Source: an uncultured Flavobacteriales bacterium (GTDB taxonomy: Bacteria; Bacteroidota; Bacteroidia; Flavobacteriales_D; Crocinitomicaceae). From it: a DNA stretch of 64,000 nt. Position 1 is the first letter of the stretch. The number at the start of each line of letters is the position of its first letter. Below the pieces are notes generated by a model. It saw only the letters and a list, made by a program, of their open reading frames with translations, did not search any database and was not told the origin of the DNA. The position numbers were made by a program, and so were the translations under genes. This document shows, one piece after another, positions 1 through 10,213 of this stretch. The DNA is taken from NCBI GenBank assembly GCA_943789205.1, contig CALSTG010000001.1, forward strand, positions 632,182 through 696,181, read 5' to 3'.

Positions 1-1804
1 CACCACTGCAAACACCCCCTGCACTTGCGCTTGCCGCAATCCCAGAAGGAGTAGCGTTCTGGGTTGCACTTAGAGCGACTTGCTGTGTAAGTCCAGAACT
101 TGTACATGACAAATTTCCTGAAAACGAGCCTGAAGTACCAGAATTTTCTTTTACGTAAACAAGATATGAACCACTACCGGCTGCTCCGACAGTTGTCGTT
201 GATGAAAAAGTTACATTATCAGCCGAAACTTCAAAACCGGTAGGTGCTGTAACTGTTACTGATTCTGACAAATCCTCCCCTGTAGCTGTAAACGAAGACG
301 ACGACGCGGTAACACCGGAACATCTTGTACCTAGGTCAAGCGAAGCTAGTTCAAGTGTCAAACTTGGACAACCGGTGTAAGTGATTGTTGCTGTGAAAGA
401 ACCATCGGGCACGTAAGAATAGTTGGTAGCGTTGCAACCACCTGCACTACCCCAAACTCTCGTGGCTCCTAAAGTAAGGTCAAATCCCGACGCATACGTA
501 CCTATAACAAGATTTGAACAATTTATATTACTAACGTTACAAGTACCCCCAGAATTTGCACCACATTGGTACCAAAGTTGTTCTCCACCCGGACCCCCAA
601 TTTTCGTATATACCTCACTCATATATTGTCCACCTTGCGCAACATATTGCCAAGAGGCCGTTGCAGCAGTTACATTCATGGTATTACATAAATTGAAGTT
701 TATGGATTGTGAGGATACAGAAGAATAATAGCAAGTACTAACATCTCCACCATTGTATGTGGAAGTGACATCTGGATCAATAATTACTGGAAATTGTCTT
801 GTTTCATCTAACAACCAATCTGATCTTAATTTCAATGAAATTTTATACAAGCCATTAATAAGCTCAAAACTATATGCACCATAGGTAAAATTATTTTCTT
901 CTTTATCATAAGGAGCATCTGTTTCCATATAATTAGATTGTGCTGCAGTAGCATTTTCTACTGAATAACTATCATCAAAACAAAAAGCCTCTTTAATTAT
1001 GGCTTGCACTCGGCCTTTTGTATCAGTTATTTCTATTTTACCAATCCATCCTAATTCAGAAAATTCACCGTAACCATACCTCATTTCCCACCCAGAAGGC
1101 AATTCAAAATTCTCGGTAAACTCAATAAAACCACCCGATTCCGCTAAAACTGGAGAACTCTTAAGAATATAGTCTGTTTCCAGATGCCAGCGATTAATTT
1201 TATGAGCTATGTCAATATTTTCAGAAACTTCAGAAAAGTTAAGATCGTAATTATCCGAATTTTGTTTAGAGTTACTGTAATCATTTAATGTTCCCAGATC
1301 CATTAAATTTCCATTGGCATCATAAATCTCGAAACCTTTGTTTAATCCATAGTTCATGGTATTTTCTCCATTATCGAAAACCATGTGAGCTGTGCCATCT
1401 TCTAAACTGATATATCGTTGTATATCTGAATGAAATAAACCATAATTATTATCAACTTGCTCAAGATTGTTAGTATATGTTTTCCAATCGCCGTCGTAAT
1501 CTTGGTAATGCAAAGGGGACGTTGACTTCATTGTGGTGTAGGACCCATCAGGATTTATAAAATGTTTGGCATGTGATTCTCTTCTAGAAATTATTTCCTT
1601 ACCCCCGTCTGGACTAAAGAAAGATTTTTCTATTGTATTATTTACTGAGGTATTAAAATCAGAATTTACAATTTTTTGACTACTGTGTCTTGATGATTTT
1701 GAAGGAGACGTTCTGCTTTTATTTTGCGAATAGACAGAAGTATTTGTTAACATAAATGTTAGAAACAAAAGAAATGCTCCCATAAATTTCAAAGAACTTT
1801 TCAT
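1..1804 (-). CDS. Large secreted protein, N-terminal ~600 aa; the C-terminus lies beyond the window start
   Basis: ATG is the complement of 1802-1804. The translation starts MKSSLKFMGAFLLFLTFMLTNTSVYSQ, a signal-peptide-like N-terminus. I checked by hand that the frame is open at 1-480 and 1681-1804 and read it through as open in between. It is missing from the ORF track because it has no stop in the window. The distal part is Ser/Thr/Gly/Cys-rich (e.g. DLTLGATRVWGSAGGCNATNY). Confidence 0.6.
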   Translation of the reverse strand, partial: MKSSLKFMGAFLLFLTFMLTNTSVYSQNKSRTSPSKSSRHSSQKIVNSDFNTSVNNTIEKSFFSPDGGKEIISRRESHAKHFINPDGSYTTMKSTSPLHYQDYDGDWKTYTNNLEQVDNNYGLFHSDIQRYISLEDGTAHMVFDNGENTMNYGLNKGFEIYDANGNLMDLGTLNDYSNSKQNSDNYDLNFSEVSENIDIAHKINRWHLETDYILKSSPVLAESGGFIEFTENFELPSGWEMRYGYGEFSELGWIGKIEITDTKGRVQAIIKEAFCFDDSYSVENATAAQSNYMETDAPYDKEENNFTYGAYSFELINGLYKISLKLRSDWLLDETRQFPVIIDPDVTSTYNGGDVSTCYYSSVSSQSINFNLCNTMNVTAATASWQYVAQGGQYMSEVYTKIGGPGGEQLWYQCGANSGGTCNVSNINCSNLVIGTYASGFDLTLGATRVWGSAGGCNATNYSYVPDGSFTATITYTGCPSLTLELASLDLGTRCSGVTASSSSFTATGEDLSESVTVTAPTGFEVSADNVTFSSTTTVGAAGSGSYLVYVKENSGTSGSFSGNLSCTSSGLTQQVALSATQNATPSGIAASASAGGVCSG

Positions 1805-2393
1805 ATTGGTTGTTTTGGAAATAGTGGTTTTGTTGATATCGAAACTATCGAACAATGAAGGGGTAGAATTTAACATAACTTACTTTTTAAATTTATCAAA
1901 AGCATCATGTTCATAAAATAAGGGAGAACTTAATACTTTTTATAACTACTTATCAAACTTTAAAATACAAAAGAGGTTGCTAAACTTTTTAAACATTGAA
2001 TAAAGAGCAATGTTTCTCGAATATTTCGCGCTGTCTATTGAATATTAAAATCGTATAAAATTAATACTAATAATCTGTTTTGAAGCACCTTATGCCTCAT
2101 TTCATTTGTTGTTTTAGAAATTTCGCGAAGTGTTTAAATAACAACACATCACTTGTTTGTTGCGATACAAACTTGAAGTAAAAAGAAGTAAAACGGTGCT
2201 TTTTGCTTGAATTTAAGTCAAAGTTACAACGAAGTACAGAGTTAAGTTTACGTATTTGCTAGTTAGACAATACGTATAACTACGTACAGAAATATTTATT
2301 TTAGATTATATAATTGATTTATTTCATTTTTTAAAACGCCTGAAATAATAGGGTAATTAAAATGATAAAAACACTACTAACAAATTAAGTAGT

Positions 2394-2843
2394 TTATTTA
2401 CTTAGCTCTTCACGAACTATTAATGATATCAACTTTCCATCTGCTTTACCCGCAAGCTTTTTGGTAAGCACCCCCATACACTTGCCCATATCTTGTGGGC
2501 CTGATGCGCCTGTCACGTTTATAGCCTCAAGTACTTCAGCTCTAATTTCCTCTTCAGAGAGCATCTTTGGTAAAAAAGCCTCTATAATTTCTGCCTGTTC
2601 GCGCTCCTCTTTAGCAAGATCTTCCCGTCCTTGCTCTTTATATAAGGCATAGGTTTCCTTTCGCTGCTTATGAAGCTTCATGCATATTTTCAAAACGACA
2701 GCATCTGTAATTTCTTGACCACTTGCAGCAGTAGCCTCAACCATTATTTTAGATTTGATATCCCGCAAAGTGGAAAGGCGCACCTTATCTTTTGCGCGCA
2801 TAGCTGCTTTGATCGCCTGATTGATTTGTTCGGAAAGCATCAT
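2394..2843 (-). CDS. GatB/YqeY domain protein
   Basis: 149 aa. MLSEQINQAIKAAMRAKDK...RLSTLRDIKS...EIIEAFLP is the typical YqeY pattern. It lies immediately downstream of ftsZ, as is common in Bacteroidota. Confidence 0.8.
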   Translation of the reverse strand: MMLSEQINQAIKAAMRAKDKVRLSTLRDIKSKIMVEATAASGQEITDAVVLKICMKLHKQRKETYALYKEQGREDLAKEEREQAEIIEAFLPKMLSEEEIRAEVLEAINVTGASGPQDMGKCMGVLTKKLAGKADGKLISLIVREELSK

Positions 2844-4469
2844 TTAATCTACGTTATCGTGAAGGAAGCTATTGTCGCTAAGGTCTGAACCGCCGTCTTC
2901 GTCTTCAGAAAGACCAAACCTACTCGGTTTAGATTCACTCGGCTTGCTATTGTCAAGAAACAAGGATCTCCTTTTAAAAGCTGGCTCTTTTTCATAATCG
3001 GTAATACCCTCGACATTCTTGAGTCTAGAGGTATGCTCTTGGATTTTACTGACGCGGTCCTGCGTCATTTTTTGATGGTCTTCGGCAGTAGGCTTGACCT
3101 CATCTTCTATATCATCATCCAATTGGTGTTTTACCACCTCTGTTTCAGCAAACAAGTCAGGCTGGGTATCATTTTCATTCAAATTCTCTGGCACAATGGT
3201 TTCACTAATTTCCCAAGCAATTGGACCTTCATTTTTTTGCTCGTTATTGTCGCTTTCTTCCTCATTTAAATCATGAAAGACCTTTACTTCATTGGCATCC
3301 TCATTTCCTAACTCTGAAATACTATCTTCAGCAGATACTGGATCTATCGTTTTTACAAACGGTTCATCCTCTGCAACCGTCTCTTCATCGTTATTTATAG
3401 AGGCCGTGATTGGATTCTCTAAAGGCTGTTTGATTTCTTTGGTAGCAGCATCTTCTAAAGTCGTAATGATACGCTCGGCCGGCTTACCCAAAGGCACGAT
3501 TAGATCCTCTGAAGTCGCAAATCCAGTCGCTATAATAGTAACTGAAAGCTTATCGCCTAGCGCTTCATCCTCACCCACACCAAATATCACATCAGCAGTC
3601 GAACCTGCTTCTTCCTGAACATAATCTGTAATCTCACCCATCTCGTCCATGGTAATTTCATTGGACTTACTGTAGCTTATGTTTAATAAAATATAATTCG
3701 CTCCATTTATGTCATTATCATTCAGAAGCGGTGATGCTAAAGCAGCAGTAACAGCTTCCATAGCTCGATCATCACCCTCCGCTTGAGCAGAGCCCATGAT
3801 AGCATGGCCGCTGTCGCGAAGCACGGTGTTCACATCGTTAAAATCTGTATTTATCAGGCCTGTCCTAGAAATCAATTCAGCAATTCCTTTAGCAGCTACA
3901 GTCAAGATATCATCAGCATGGGCAAATGCAGCTGTCAATGCCATATTCTTTCCAAAATCTCTCAATCTTTCATTACTAATGATCAAAAGACTGTCTACAT
4001 TTTGACGCATTCTTTCAAGACCTGCCTCAGCTTGAATTCTTCTTTTCTTTCCTTCAAAGTTAAAGGGTACGGTTACAATACCTACAGTTAGAATACCTAG
4101 GTCTTTTGCAATCTGTGCGATGACAGGACCTGCACCCGTTCCTGTTCCACCGCCCATTCCAGCAGTAACAAAAAGCATTTTAGTGTTTTGACTTAACAGC
4201 TCTCGGATGTCTTCTAAATTTTCTAGAGCGGCATTCTCACCCACTTCGGGCTTCATTCCGGCACCTCGACCTTCAGTTAGCTCCGTACCTAATTGAATCT
4301 TGTATGGGACAGGAGAAATATCCAATGCTTGACGATCGGTGTTACAGATGATAAAGTCAACACCCTGAATCCCTTGATTGAACATGTGATTCACAGCATT
4401 ACTACCACCTCCACCAACACCAATTACTTTGATGTCTGAACTGTTTTCTTTTGGTATATCAAATTCCAT
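2844..4469 (-). CDS. ftsZ: Cell division protein FtsZ
   Basis: It has the tubulin signature GGGTGTG ([16 protein letters not shown]) and N-terminal [18 protein letters not shown] long acidic C-terminal linker follows. Confidence 0.97.
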   Translation of the reverse strand: MEFDIPKENSSDIKVIGVGGGGSNAVNHMFNQGIQGVDFIICNTDRQALDISPVPYKIQLGTELTEGRGAGMKPEVGENAALENLEDIRELLSQNTKMLFVTAGMGGGTGTGAGPVIAQIAKDLGILTVGIVTVPFNFEGKKRRIQAEAGLERMRQNVDSLLIISNERLRDFGKNMALTAAFAHADDILTVAAKGIAELISRTGLINTDFNDVNTVLRDSGHAIMGSAQAEGDDRAMEAVTAALASPLLNDNDINGANYILLNISYSKSNEITMDEMGEITDYVQEEAGSTADVIFGVGEDEALGDKLSVTIIATGFATSEDLIVPLGKPAERIITTLEDAATKEIKQPLENPITASINNDEETVAEDEPFVKTIDPVSAEDSISELGNEDANEVKVFHDLNEEESDNNEQKNEGPIAWEISETIVPENLNENDTQPDLFAETEVVKHQLDDDIEDEVKPTAEDHQKMTQDRVSKIQEHTSRLKNVEGITDYEKEPAFKRRSLFLDNSKPSESKPSRFGLSEDEDGGSDLSDNSFLHDNVD

Positions 4470-4496
4470 ATCTCTAGTTTTAACGTTATCTTCTAA

Positions 4497-5789
4497 TTAA
4501 TCTTCAAAAATGCCAGTGACGCCTCTAAGTACTTTTTCAAAGAACTTTCCTCTCTTTACTGGCGCTTCTTTTTGTTCCTCAACCGGCTTTGTATTTTTCT
4601 CAAAACCCTTAAGCACAAGACCAATTCCAGTGGAGTATATTGGGCTTGTCAATGCTTCATCATTTGTATTGGCTAAATGCTCATTTGGGTAACCAATCCG
4701 AGCATCCATACCTGTTAAGTATTCTACAAGCTGGGTTAGATGTTTGAGTTTTGAACCACCACCAGTAACCACAATACCACCTATAATTTCTTTGGCATAA
4801 CCAGAATTTTGAATCTCATTGTTAACCTTCTCTATTATTTCCACCATCCTTGCTTCGATTATACTAGCTAGGTTTCGTACTGTGATTTCTTTGGATTTCT
4901 GACCACGCAGCCCAGGAATACATACGACCTCCTTATCACTGCTTTCTGATGCAAGTGCACTACCAAACTTCACTTTAAGACGCTCGGCATGACGTTCTAA
5001 AATTCTACATCCTGTTTTTATATCTTGAGTTACGATGTTTCCACCAAATGGGATAACTGCCGTATGTCGAATAATGCCATCATGGAAAATAGCAACATCA
5101 GTAGTACCTCCTCCAATATCTACGAGTACAATACCGGCCTCTTTTTCTTCATCACTCAGAACAGCATCCGCTGAGGCTATTGGTTCCAAAATCACCTCGC
5201 TGATCTCAAGACCTGCATTTTGAACGCAGTTATAAATGTTTTTCACATTGCTTACTTGACCTGTAATAATATGGAAATTAGCTTCAAGTCGCACTCCTGC
5301 CATTCCAACAGGCTCCTTTATACCTTGCTCACCATCGATTGTATATTCCTGTGGGATCACGGTAATGATTTCCTCCCCTGGATTCATTACGAGCTCATAC
5401 ATATTGTTAATGAAAGTTGTAATATCAGCTTGTGAAATTTCTTCTTCACGATTTTTACGTGTATAGCTATCACTCGTTTGCATACTCCTTATGTGCTGCC
5501 CTGCTATTCCGACAACAACATTGCTGAGCTTAAGATTTCCTTCTTTACAATTTTGTTCTGTATTTTCAATCGCAGACTGTATCGATTGTATGGTTCTGCG
5601 AATATTAGACACGACGCCTTTTTTGACACCAAGAGATTCACTTCTACCTTGTGATATGATTTCAATCTTACCATGCTCATTTTTAACACCAACAAAGCAG
5701 GCAATCTTAGTGGTACCAATATCTAAACCAACAACAACAGATTTCTTACCTGGCTCAGCTGAATTTCCTGCAAACGACTTGTCCTTCAT
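4497..5789 (-). CDS. ftsA: Cell division protein FtsA
   Basis: Actin-like ATPase motifs are present (VVGLDIGTTKI, VLVDIGGGTTDVAIF). It sits between ftsQ and ftsZ. Confidence 0.95.
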   Translation of the reverse strand: MKDKSFAGNSAEPGKKSVVVGLDIGTTKIACFVGVKNEHGKIEIISQGRSESLGVKKGVVSNIRRTIQSIQSAIENTEQNCKEGNLKLSNVVVGIAGQHIRSMQTSDSYTRKNREEEISQADITTFINNMYELVMNPGEEIITVIPQEYTIDGEQGIKEPVGMAGVRLEANFHIITGQVSNVKNIYNCVQNAGLEISEVILEPIASADAVLSDEEKEAGIVLVDIGGGTTDVAIFHDGIIRHTAVIPFGGNIVTQDIKTGCRILERHAERLKVKFGSALASESSDKEVVCIPGLRGQKSKEITVRNLASIIEARMVEIIEKVNNEIQNSGYAKEIIGGIVVTGGGSKLKHLTQLVEYLTGMDARIGYPNEHLANTNDEALTSPIYSTGIGLVLKGFEKNTKPVEEQKEAPVKRGKFFEKVLRGVTGIFED

Positions 5790-6552
5790 ATTTTAAACTT
5801 ATTTCAGTGTACTTATTCCAACCCTCAAATGGCATTGCTTCTTTATAGAAAACTTTCAGCCTATTAAATTTATCTCTAACCTCTTCACTCGTTTCTGCAG
5901 TTCCAAAAACTATTTTTTGCCTACCCAAAACAGGAATAAGAATGAAATCATTATTTTCATCGAAATACACCTGGCCTATTAAAGATTGCAGAAAGGGGTC
6001 CTTACAAACATAATTTGAAATGCGATAGATATCATCCAAAAGCCTAATACTTTTCAAGGAGTCGTTGTTGATAATTGAATTGACATTTTCAGACTGTATT
6101 CGATCCGGAATATTTCCGGAAAAAATCAATGATCTGGCCGTATGAATTGAAGAACGTCTCATTTTATTTCCATCAGCATCTAAATAAAAAGACGCATGTC
6201 CTTCGGGAAAAACTCTAGCGATAGGCTTAACGAGCTCTAGATCAATATTCCAAGAACCATTAAGCTGCTTGTAAACATCAGCATCTTTAATTTCTTGCAT
6301 GGTATCAAGAATGGACTCTACTTTTGATATATCTAACCCTGAAACAAAGCCCTGTGGATTAAAAATTTGTTGCGTTTGCAAGCGATTGACAATCTCTTTT
6401 TTAGTTAAAAAAGTGTCTTTTCCTTTTACAGAAATATGAATAACAGGCATGCTTAATTTGGCATTTGCTTCTTTATCTTGCTCCCAAATTAAAATAGCAA
6501 TAACTCCTGCAAATAGCGCGCACCACAATAAAATCTTCAACCATTTATTCAT
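5755..6552 (-). CDS. ftsQ: Cell division protein FtsQ (POTRA-containing)
   Basis: I trimmed the ORF to MNKWLKILLWCALFAGVIAILIW, which gives a single N-terminal TM. That ATG (complement of 6550-6552) overlaps the murC stop in an ATGA arrangement. The position in the dcw cluster fits. Confidence 0.8.
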   Translation of the reverse strand: MNKWLKILLWCALFAGVIAILIWEQDKEANAKLSMPVIHISVKGKDTFLTKKEIVNRLQTQQIFNPQGFVSGLDISKVESILDTMQEIKDADVYKQLNGSWNIDLELVKPIARVFPEGHASFYLDADGNKMRRSSIHTARSLIFSGNIPDRIQSENVNSIINNDSLKSIRLLDDIYRISNYVCKDPFLQSLIGQVYFDENNDFILIPVLGRQKIVFGTAETSEEVRDKFNRLKVFYKEAMPFEGWNKYTEISLKYEGQVVCRKFS

Positions 6553-7937
6553 GATGCTGCATCTACATTTTGAATTAATATATCCTTTAATGGTTCTACG
6601 ATACGATCTATATCTCCTGCACCTATTGTAACAACAATACCATTGTTTTTCTTTTGCATTAGCTCCAAAACCCTTGATGAATTTAGCACCTGCTTTTTCT
6701 TTAAACGAACCATGGACAAAAGCCATTCACTAGAAATCCCGAGTATTTCTTCCTCTCTTGCCGGGTAGATTGGCAATAAAATCAGCTCATCAAACCTAGA
6801 CAGCTGTGCCGAAAAATCGGTACCAAAATCTCGAGTTCTCGTATATAAATGAGGTTGGAAAATAGCAGTAATAGCTTGTTCAGGAAACATCATCTCTAAA
6901 GAATCAATAAGAAACCTCAGCTCCTCTGGATGGTGTGCATAATCATCGATATAAATCAATTTTTCTGACTTAAATTGAATATCGAATCGCCTGCGTACAC
7001 CTTTAAAAGTATGCAAACCCTGCTGAATCTCTTGGATAGAGAGACCTATTTTATCTAACAAAGCGATGCAAGCAAGTGCATTCAGTACATTATGCAAGCC
7101 TGGAATTTGCAGTGTGAATTTCTTGTGATTTATTGAATTTGAGTTAACAATAAACTGCATTACCCCATCAACATATTTGATGTGAGAAGCCTTATAGTCT
7201 GCAGTATCAGAATCAATCGCATAAGTAACTGAATCGCAAAGGGAAGGTAAGTTAATCCCTTCATTAACAACACAGCACCCGTTAGGATCAATCTTCATGG
7301 CATACTGACGGAATCCATCAGTGAAATTTTTAGCATCACCATATATATCGAGATGGTCCGGATCCATTGCGGTAACTATACTCGCATATGGAGAAAGGTG
7401 TAAAAAAGATCGGTCAAACTCATCTGCCTCAACCACAACCCAATCTGTTGCCTTATTTACAATTAAATTTGAATTTTTATTAGATGAAATACCTCCCAAA
7501 AATGCATTACATTTCCATGGGCTGTGATCTAATATATGAGAAAGCATGGCACTCGTTGTTGTCTTTCCATGCGTTCCAGCTACGCATAAACCTTTCATAA
7601 ACCTAGTTATCAACCCAAGAGCTTCTGCCCTTTTATAAACCACAAATCCATTCTCTCTGAAATAAGTTAGTTCCTTGTGGGATGATGCTACTGCGGGTGT
7701 ATATATAACCAATGTCTCTTCGGGAGAAGAAACAATTTTTCGAACATCAGAACCTTTGTCCTCAAAATGTATCTTACAGCCTTCTTTTATTAAATCATCA
7801 GTAATAGTTGAAGGTGTGCGATCATAACCAAAAACAGCTTTGTCATTTGACTTGAAATACCTCGCCAATGCGGACATCCCAATACCTCCAATGCCAATGA
7901 AGTAAAAGCTATTAAAATCAGTTATTTTATTCCTCAT
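6549..7937 (-). CDS. murC: UDP-N-acetylmuramate--L-alanine ligase
   Basis: Mur ligase motifs are present: FIGIGGIGMSALA and the P-loop GTHGKTTT. Confidence 0.95.
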   Translation of the reverse strand: MRNKITDFNSFYFIGIGGIGMSALARYFKSNDKAVFGYDRTPSTITDDLIKEGCKIHFEDKGSDVRKIVSSPEETLVIYTPAVASSHKELTYFRENGFVVYKRAEALGLITRFMKGLCVAGTHGKTTTSAMLSHILDHSPWKCNAFLGGISSNKNSNLIVNKATDWVVVEADEFDRSFLHLSPYASIVTAMDPDHLDIYGDAKNFTDGFRQYAMKIDPNGCCVVNEGINLPSLCDSVTYAIDSDTADYKASHIKYVDGVMQFIVNSNSINHKKFTLQIPGLHNVLNALACIALLDKIGLSIQEIQQGLHTFKGVRRRFDIQFKSEKLIYIDDYAHHPEELRFLIDSLEMMFPEQAITAIFQPHLYTRTRDFGTDFSAQLSRFDELILLPIYPAREEEILGISSEWLLSMVRLKKKQVLNSSRVLELMQKKNNGIVVTIGAGDIDRIVEPLKDILIQNVDAAS

Positions 7938-9048
7938 TATTATCTATAATTGTTTCACAAGCATCAATAATTTCAATTGTTGCATTTGGCTTTGCTAATT
8001 TTTTGATGTTTTCAGACAACTTCTTTATTTGTTCCTCATCAGTTACGAGATCAAAAATTGTTTGAACCAGACTTTTCACCGCATCACGATCTTTAACCAG
8101 TAAAGCAGCATTATTTGCTACCAATGCCATCGCATTTTTAGTTTGATGATCTTCGGCAACATTTGGGGATGGGACCAATATCGTAGCTTTACCAATCAAG
8201 CATAATTCAGAAACAGATAAAGCACCAGCCCGAGAAACAACAACATCTGCACCTGCATAAGCAGCATCCATTCTTGAAATAAAAGGCAACAGCTTGATGT
8301 GTTTCGGCAAGTCTAAATTCGCATTCAAAAGTGCTTGATAATAACCCTTTCCGCACTGCCAAATCACCTGAATATTGTTTTTTGAAATGGCCTCTATGGC
8401 GCCAGAAAGAGCATCATTCAAGGTTCTTGCACCCAAGCTTCCACCGATGACAAGAATGGTCTTACGAGAAACTTCAAGGTCAAATACTTTTAGCGCTTCC
8501 TCTCTTGTTAAACTTGAATGACTCAATTCTGCCCGTACTGGGTTGCCTGTTAATCGAATTTTACTCTTAGAAAAAAATTGTTCCAGTCCCGAATAAGCCG
8601 TACAGATTAATTTTGCTTTTTTTGACAATAGGATATTGGTCTTTCCTGGAAAAGAATTTTGTTCTTGGATTACGGTTGGCATACCAAGCAATTGTGCCAT
8701 TTTCAATGTTGGACCACTGGCATAACCCCCTACACCAATAACCAACTCCGGATCAAATTTTTTCAATACGCTTCGCGCTTTCAATAAACTTTTAAGAAGC
8801 TTAAAGGGAAGCAAAAAATTTGAAAAACTCAGTTTTCGTTTAAAACCAACAATAGGCAGACCTGTTATTTCATATCCAGCCTGAGGTACACGTTCCATTT
8901 CCATCTTTCCTTGTGCACCCACAAACAAAATAGATACTTGAGGATTCCTTTTTTTAAGCTCATTTGCTATAGCAATAGCAGGGAAAATATGCCCTCCTGT
9001 ACCACCACCTGAAATCACAACCCTATTAATCTGTTTTCTCATCTTCAT
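7927..9048 (-). CDS. murG: Undecaprenyldiphospho-muramoylpentapeptide beta-N-acetylglucosaminyltransferase
   Basis: It has the VVISGGGTGGHIFPAIA motif. The start was trimmed to MKMRKQ, and the longer ORF-track start lies inside ftsW. The start could equally be 9042. Confidence 0.9.
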   Translation of the reverse strand: MKMRKQINRVVISGGGTGGHIFPAIAIANELKKRNPQVSILFVGAQGKMEMERVPQAGYEITGLPIVGFKRKLSFSNFLLPFKLLKSLLKARSVLKKFDPELVIGVGGYASGPTLKMAQLLGMPTVIQEQNSFPGKTNILLSKKAKLICTAYSGLEQFFSKSKIRLTGNPVRAELSHSSLTREEALKVFDLEVSRKTILVIGGSLGARTLNDALSGAIEAISKNNIQVIWQCGKGYYQALLNANLDLPKHIKLLPFISRMDAAYAGADVVVSRAGALSVSELCLIGKATILVPSPNVAEDHQTKNAMALVANNAALLVKDRDAVKSLVQTIFDLVTDEEQIKKLSENIKKLAKPNATIEIIDACETIIDNNEE

Positions 9049-10213
9049 TATATTCAAATGATGTAGCTGTTGCCGTAAGCTTATTATTATTTCTTGCAAT
9101 TGATTGCACAATCCCTATAGATACACAGGCCATAATCAAGGCCGAACCTCCCATAGCCAAGAAAGGCATGTTTTGACCAGTCACAGGCACAAAACCTACA
9201 CAGACCAACATATTTATAGAAGCTTGCATCAACAGATGAATCCCTATACCCAAACATAAATAAGATTCAAAAAGCACCTCAGTTTTAAAAGCTACTCTAA
9301 AGATTCGAAGTAGTAAAACGATATATGTAAAAGCCAGAAAAAAACCTGAAAACAAACCAAATTCTTCTATAAAACTCGCAAAGTAAAAATCAGCATACGC
9401 TTCAGGGATATAGCTTTTCAAACGACCATCCCCTACCCCTTGACCAATTAGTGAACCATTAAAGATGGCGAGCTTCGCATTATTGGCTTGAGCATTTTCA
9501 ACTTTTGAAGCACCTGGATCTTGCTTTTGTTCCAGCAACCTGACAATTCTGGCTTTCCAAGTTTGATATCTAGAGAGCTGTAAATCGGGGAAAGCCTCTT
9601 GAACGGATATAAACATTAGTATCGATGCGAAAATAGAGAGCATGATTAAAAACAATTTTCGCCACGGAAAACGCGCAATAAAAAGTAGCATGAATGAAAT
9701 TGAAAAAAGCATTAAGGCTGTTGAAAGATTGTCCTTAAGAATCAAAAGACAAATAATAAAAATGGGCGCTATTACTGGGATCACCCCACCTTTCCAATCA
9801 TCTAAGAGCTTTTCTTTTTTAACCAATAGTTTGGACAAATACATCAGTAATGCAAGCTTCGCAAAATCCGAAGATTGAAAAGTCAAACCAAAAACTCTAA
9901 TCCAACGTTCAGCACCATTAACCTTAACACCAAAGAATATGGTAAATACGAGCAATGCTATTGCCAAATAATAGACGAACTGACTGATTTGATTAAAATA
10001 TTTCGTTTGAATTCTATGAACGGTAAACATACACGCAAAACCCAACAGCACATATACCAAATGCTTACCTAAATAATAAGATGGAGAACCGCCTTCAATA
10101 CGTACAAGTATAGGCACAAAACTATACACGGTCAGTAAAGAAAAAGACATGAGCAATATGACTATCATCCATATTTGGGCATCGCCCTTAAGATATTTCA
10201 GGTAATACCTCAT
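9026..10213 (-). CDS. ftsW: FtsW/RodA/SpoVE family peptidoglycan glycosyltransferase
   Basis: It is a polytopic membrane protein with the conserved C-terminal pattern TGQNMPFLAMGGSAL. It sits between murD and murG. Confidence 0.92.
   Translation of the reverse strand: MRYYLKYLKGDAQIWMIVILLMSFSLLTVYSFVPILVRIEGGSPSYYLGKHLVYVLLGFACMFTVHRIQTKYFNQISQFVYYLAIALLVFTIFFGVKVNGAERWIRVFGLTFQSSDFAKLALLMYLSKLLVKKEKLLDDWKGGVIPVIAPIFIICLLILKDNLSTALMLFSISFMLLFIARFPWRKLFLIMLSIFASILMFISVQEAFPDLQLSRYQTWKARIVRLLEQKQDPGASKVENAQANNAKLAIFNGSLIGQGVGDGRLKSYIPEAYADFYFASFIEEFGLFSGFFLAFTYIVLLLRIFRVAFKTEVLFESYLCLGIGIHLLMQASINMLVCVGFVPVTGQNMPFLAMGGSALIMACVSIGIVQSIARNNNKLTATATSFEYNEDEKTD

Noticed and set aside
423-728. 101-aa plus-strand ORF from the track.
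   Set aside because: It lies entirely antisense to the long open minus-strand frame that starts at 1804 with a signal peptide. Its Pro-rich low-complexity translation is typical of a shadow ORF.
1805-2393. An unusually long (589-bp) AT-rich intergenic region. It contains a small hairpin (aaacattg-N9-caatgttt, 1991-2015) and a 29-codon Cys-rich ORF (2092-2181, MPHFICCFRNFAKCLNNNTSLVCCDTNLK).
   Set aside because: The hairpin has no T-run. The mini-ORF has no supporting signal and sits in sequence where random ORFs are expected. I recognised no conserved ncRNA motif. The region most simply holds the promoter of the 1-1804 gene and the end of the dcw transcript.
2844-3500. A very long acidic, low-complexity C-terminal extension of FtsZ (~220 aa).
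   Set aside because: Long disordered linkers between the FtsZ core and the C-terminal peptide are common, and variable in length, in Bacteroidota. It is not an anomaly.
6553-6726. N-terminal extensions in the ORF track for ftsQ, and likewise murG (9049-9111), murD (12017-12073), rplU (19693-19770), the LMW phosphatase (56388-56453) and dnaN (56809-56838).
   Set aside because: The extensions overlap the upstream gene or consist of non-conserved, Cys/Arg-rich sequence. Conserved N-termini begin at the internal Met in each case, often with an ATGA-type overlap.
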